A stretch of 38,370 nucleotides of DNA from Actinomycetes bacterium (GTDB lineage: Bacteria > Actinomycetota > Actinomycetes > Actinomycetales > BWSM-131), in the NCBI GenBank assembly GCA_046566325.1, contig JBKHWX010000121.1:1-38370 (forward strand), read 5' to 3'. A model generated the notes under the pieces. The model had not been told where the DNA came from. It ran no database searches and worked only from the letters and a program-made list of their open reading frames with translations. This document shows positions 37,516 to 38,370 of the stretch, in pieces. The first letter of the stretch is position 1, and each line of letters begins with the position of its first letter. The translations under genes were made by a program, and so were the position numbers.

Positions 37516-37998
37516 ATGCTCGCCCCGCTGCGGCGAGGCATGCACGTCCTCGTTCGCGAGGTCGTCAAGTTCGGGGTCGTGGGGGCGCTCGCGTACGTCG
37601 TGGACGTGGGCCTGTTCAACATGCTGCGCTACGCCGGTCCGGCGCTGCTGGAGCACAAGCCCTTGACCGCCAAGGCCATCTCCGTCGTGGCGGCGACCCT
37701 CGTGGCCTGGGTGGGCAACCGGTACTGGACCTTCCGGCACCGCCGTCGCGTGGCAGCCAGGCGCGAGCTGGTGATGTTCGGCGTCACCAACGTCGTCGGA
37801 CTGGCGATCGGCCTCGGCTGCCTAGCCTTCTCCCACTACGTGCTCGACCTGACCTCCCCGCTTGCGGACAACATCTCCGCGAACGTGGTGGGTCTCGGGC
37901 TCGGGACCATCTTCCGGTTCCTCGCGTACCGCTACTGGGTCTTCACCGAGATGCGGGAGGAGCCGCCGCAGCTCGTTGCTGCTGCAAGGCCGCTATAG
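37516..37998 (+). CDS. GtrA family flippase-like protein (start uncertain)
   Basis: EVVKFGVVG, KPLTAK, GNRYWTF, ADNISAN, FRFLAYRYWVF. Usual actinobacterial position next to purK. Confidence 0.9.
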   Translation: MLAPLRRGMHVLVREVVKFGVVGALAYVVDVGLFNMLRYAGPALLEHKPLTAKAISVVAATLVAWVGNRYWTFRHRRRVAARRELVMFGVTNVVGLAIGLGCLAFSHYVLDLTSPLADNISANVVGLGLGTIFRFLAYRYWVFTEMREEPPQLVAAARPL

Positions 37999-38197
37999 CC
38001 CACTGCCCCGTCAGAGGGCCGCCGTGCGGCGTGAGGACCTTCGACGGTGGTGCACGTGTGCCGGGTGGCCAAGCAGGCGTGTTGGACGCCCCGCCGCATG
38101 AGTGCCGGCCCCGGCGGGGCGGTTGGCGCAGTCCCAGCCTGAATTCGTTCCGATTGCAGAGCCTTTCCCGGCAGGGCCGCGTCCAACCGAGTTGGAC

Positions 38198-38219
38198 TGT
38201 CGGTGGTCGGTACTAGCGT
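38198..38219 (+). promoter_or_regulatory. RecA-NDp (PafBC-type) DNA-damage promoter
   Basis: TGTCGGTG-gtcggtac(8 nt)-TAGCGT matches TGTCRGTG-N8-TANNNT. ATG follows 6 nt later. Confidence 0.8.
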
Positions 38220-38225
38220 TCGAGT

Positions 38226-38370
38226 ATGGACAGCGGTTGGGGTACGCCGGAGCCGGGAGCGACCCGGGCCCTGGCCGTGCTGTCCACCGGCCTGGACGAC
38301 CTGCTGGGCGCGCCGACCACGGTGCTGTCCGACGCCGAGCTGCGCGGCGCGCTGGTCGGCCTGGCCATGC
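38226..38370 (+). CDS. N-terminus of probable DUF222/HNH endonuclease (13E12-like), truncated by the window edge
   Basis: MDSGWGTPEPGATRALAVLSTGLDDLLGAPTTVLSDAELRGALVGLAM... The LSDAEL helix and the upstream promoter type are typical of this family. Confidence 0.6.
   Translation, partial: MDSGWGTPEPGATRALAVLSTGLDDLLGAPTTVLSDAELRGALVGLAM

Noticed and set aside
1-38370. tRNA, rRNA, IS elements, integrases or prophage genes
   Set aside because: No recognisable signatures found.

Overview
High-GC actinobacterial chromosomal segment. Most of the window (about 2.1-33.5 kb) is a large cell-surface glycan locus lying between a CoA-transferase/manA pair and purK-purE/gtrA. It holds rmlA/rmlD/rmlC (no rmlB), eight GT2/GT4 glycosyltransferases including a WsaF-like rhamnosyltransferase, a PpgS-like GT2 plus DUF2304 partner, two GT-C-like membrane proteins, a Wzx-like flippase, Wzm/Wzt (with a Wzt_C domain), a WbdD-like methyltransferase/kinase-like/coiled-coil protein, a second SAM methyltransferase and an LCP ligase. 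Embedded in it are three secreted cell-wall-hydrolase-like proteins. Two carry a closely similar six-repeat PLL-like lectin propeller, and all three are preceded by the same CTCAAG-N15-RCCGA motif, which resembles a FliA/sigma28 promoter. Together these suggest a co-regulated set of autolysins that dock on the cell's own, possibly O-methylated, glycan (inference). Also present: a frameshifted Gfo/Idh/MocA remnant, many apparently leaderless genes, three short tandem repeats, and a RecA-NDp/PafBC-type DNA-damage promoter in front of a probable DUF222/HNH gene at the right edge. All family calls come from reading motifs by eye, not from database searches.
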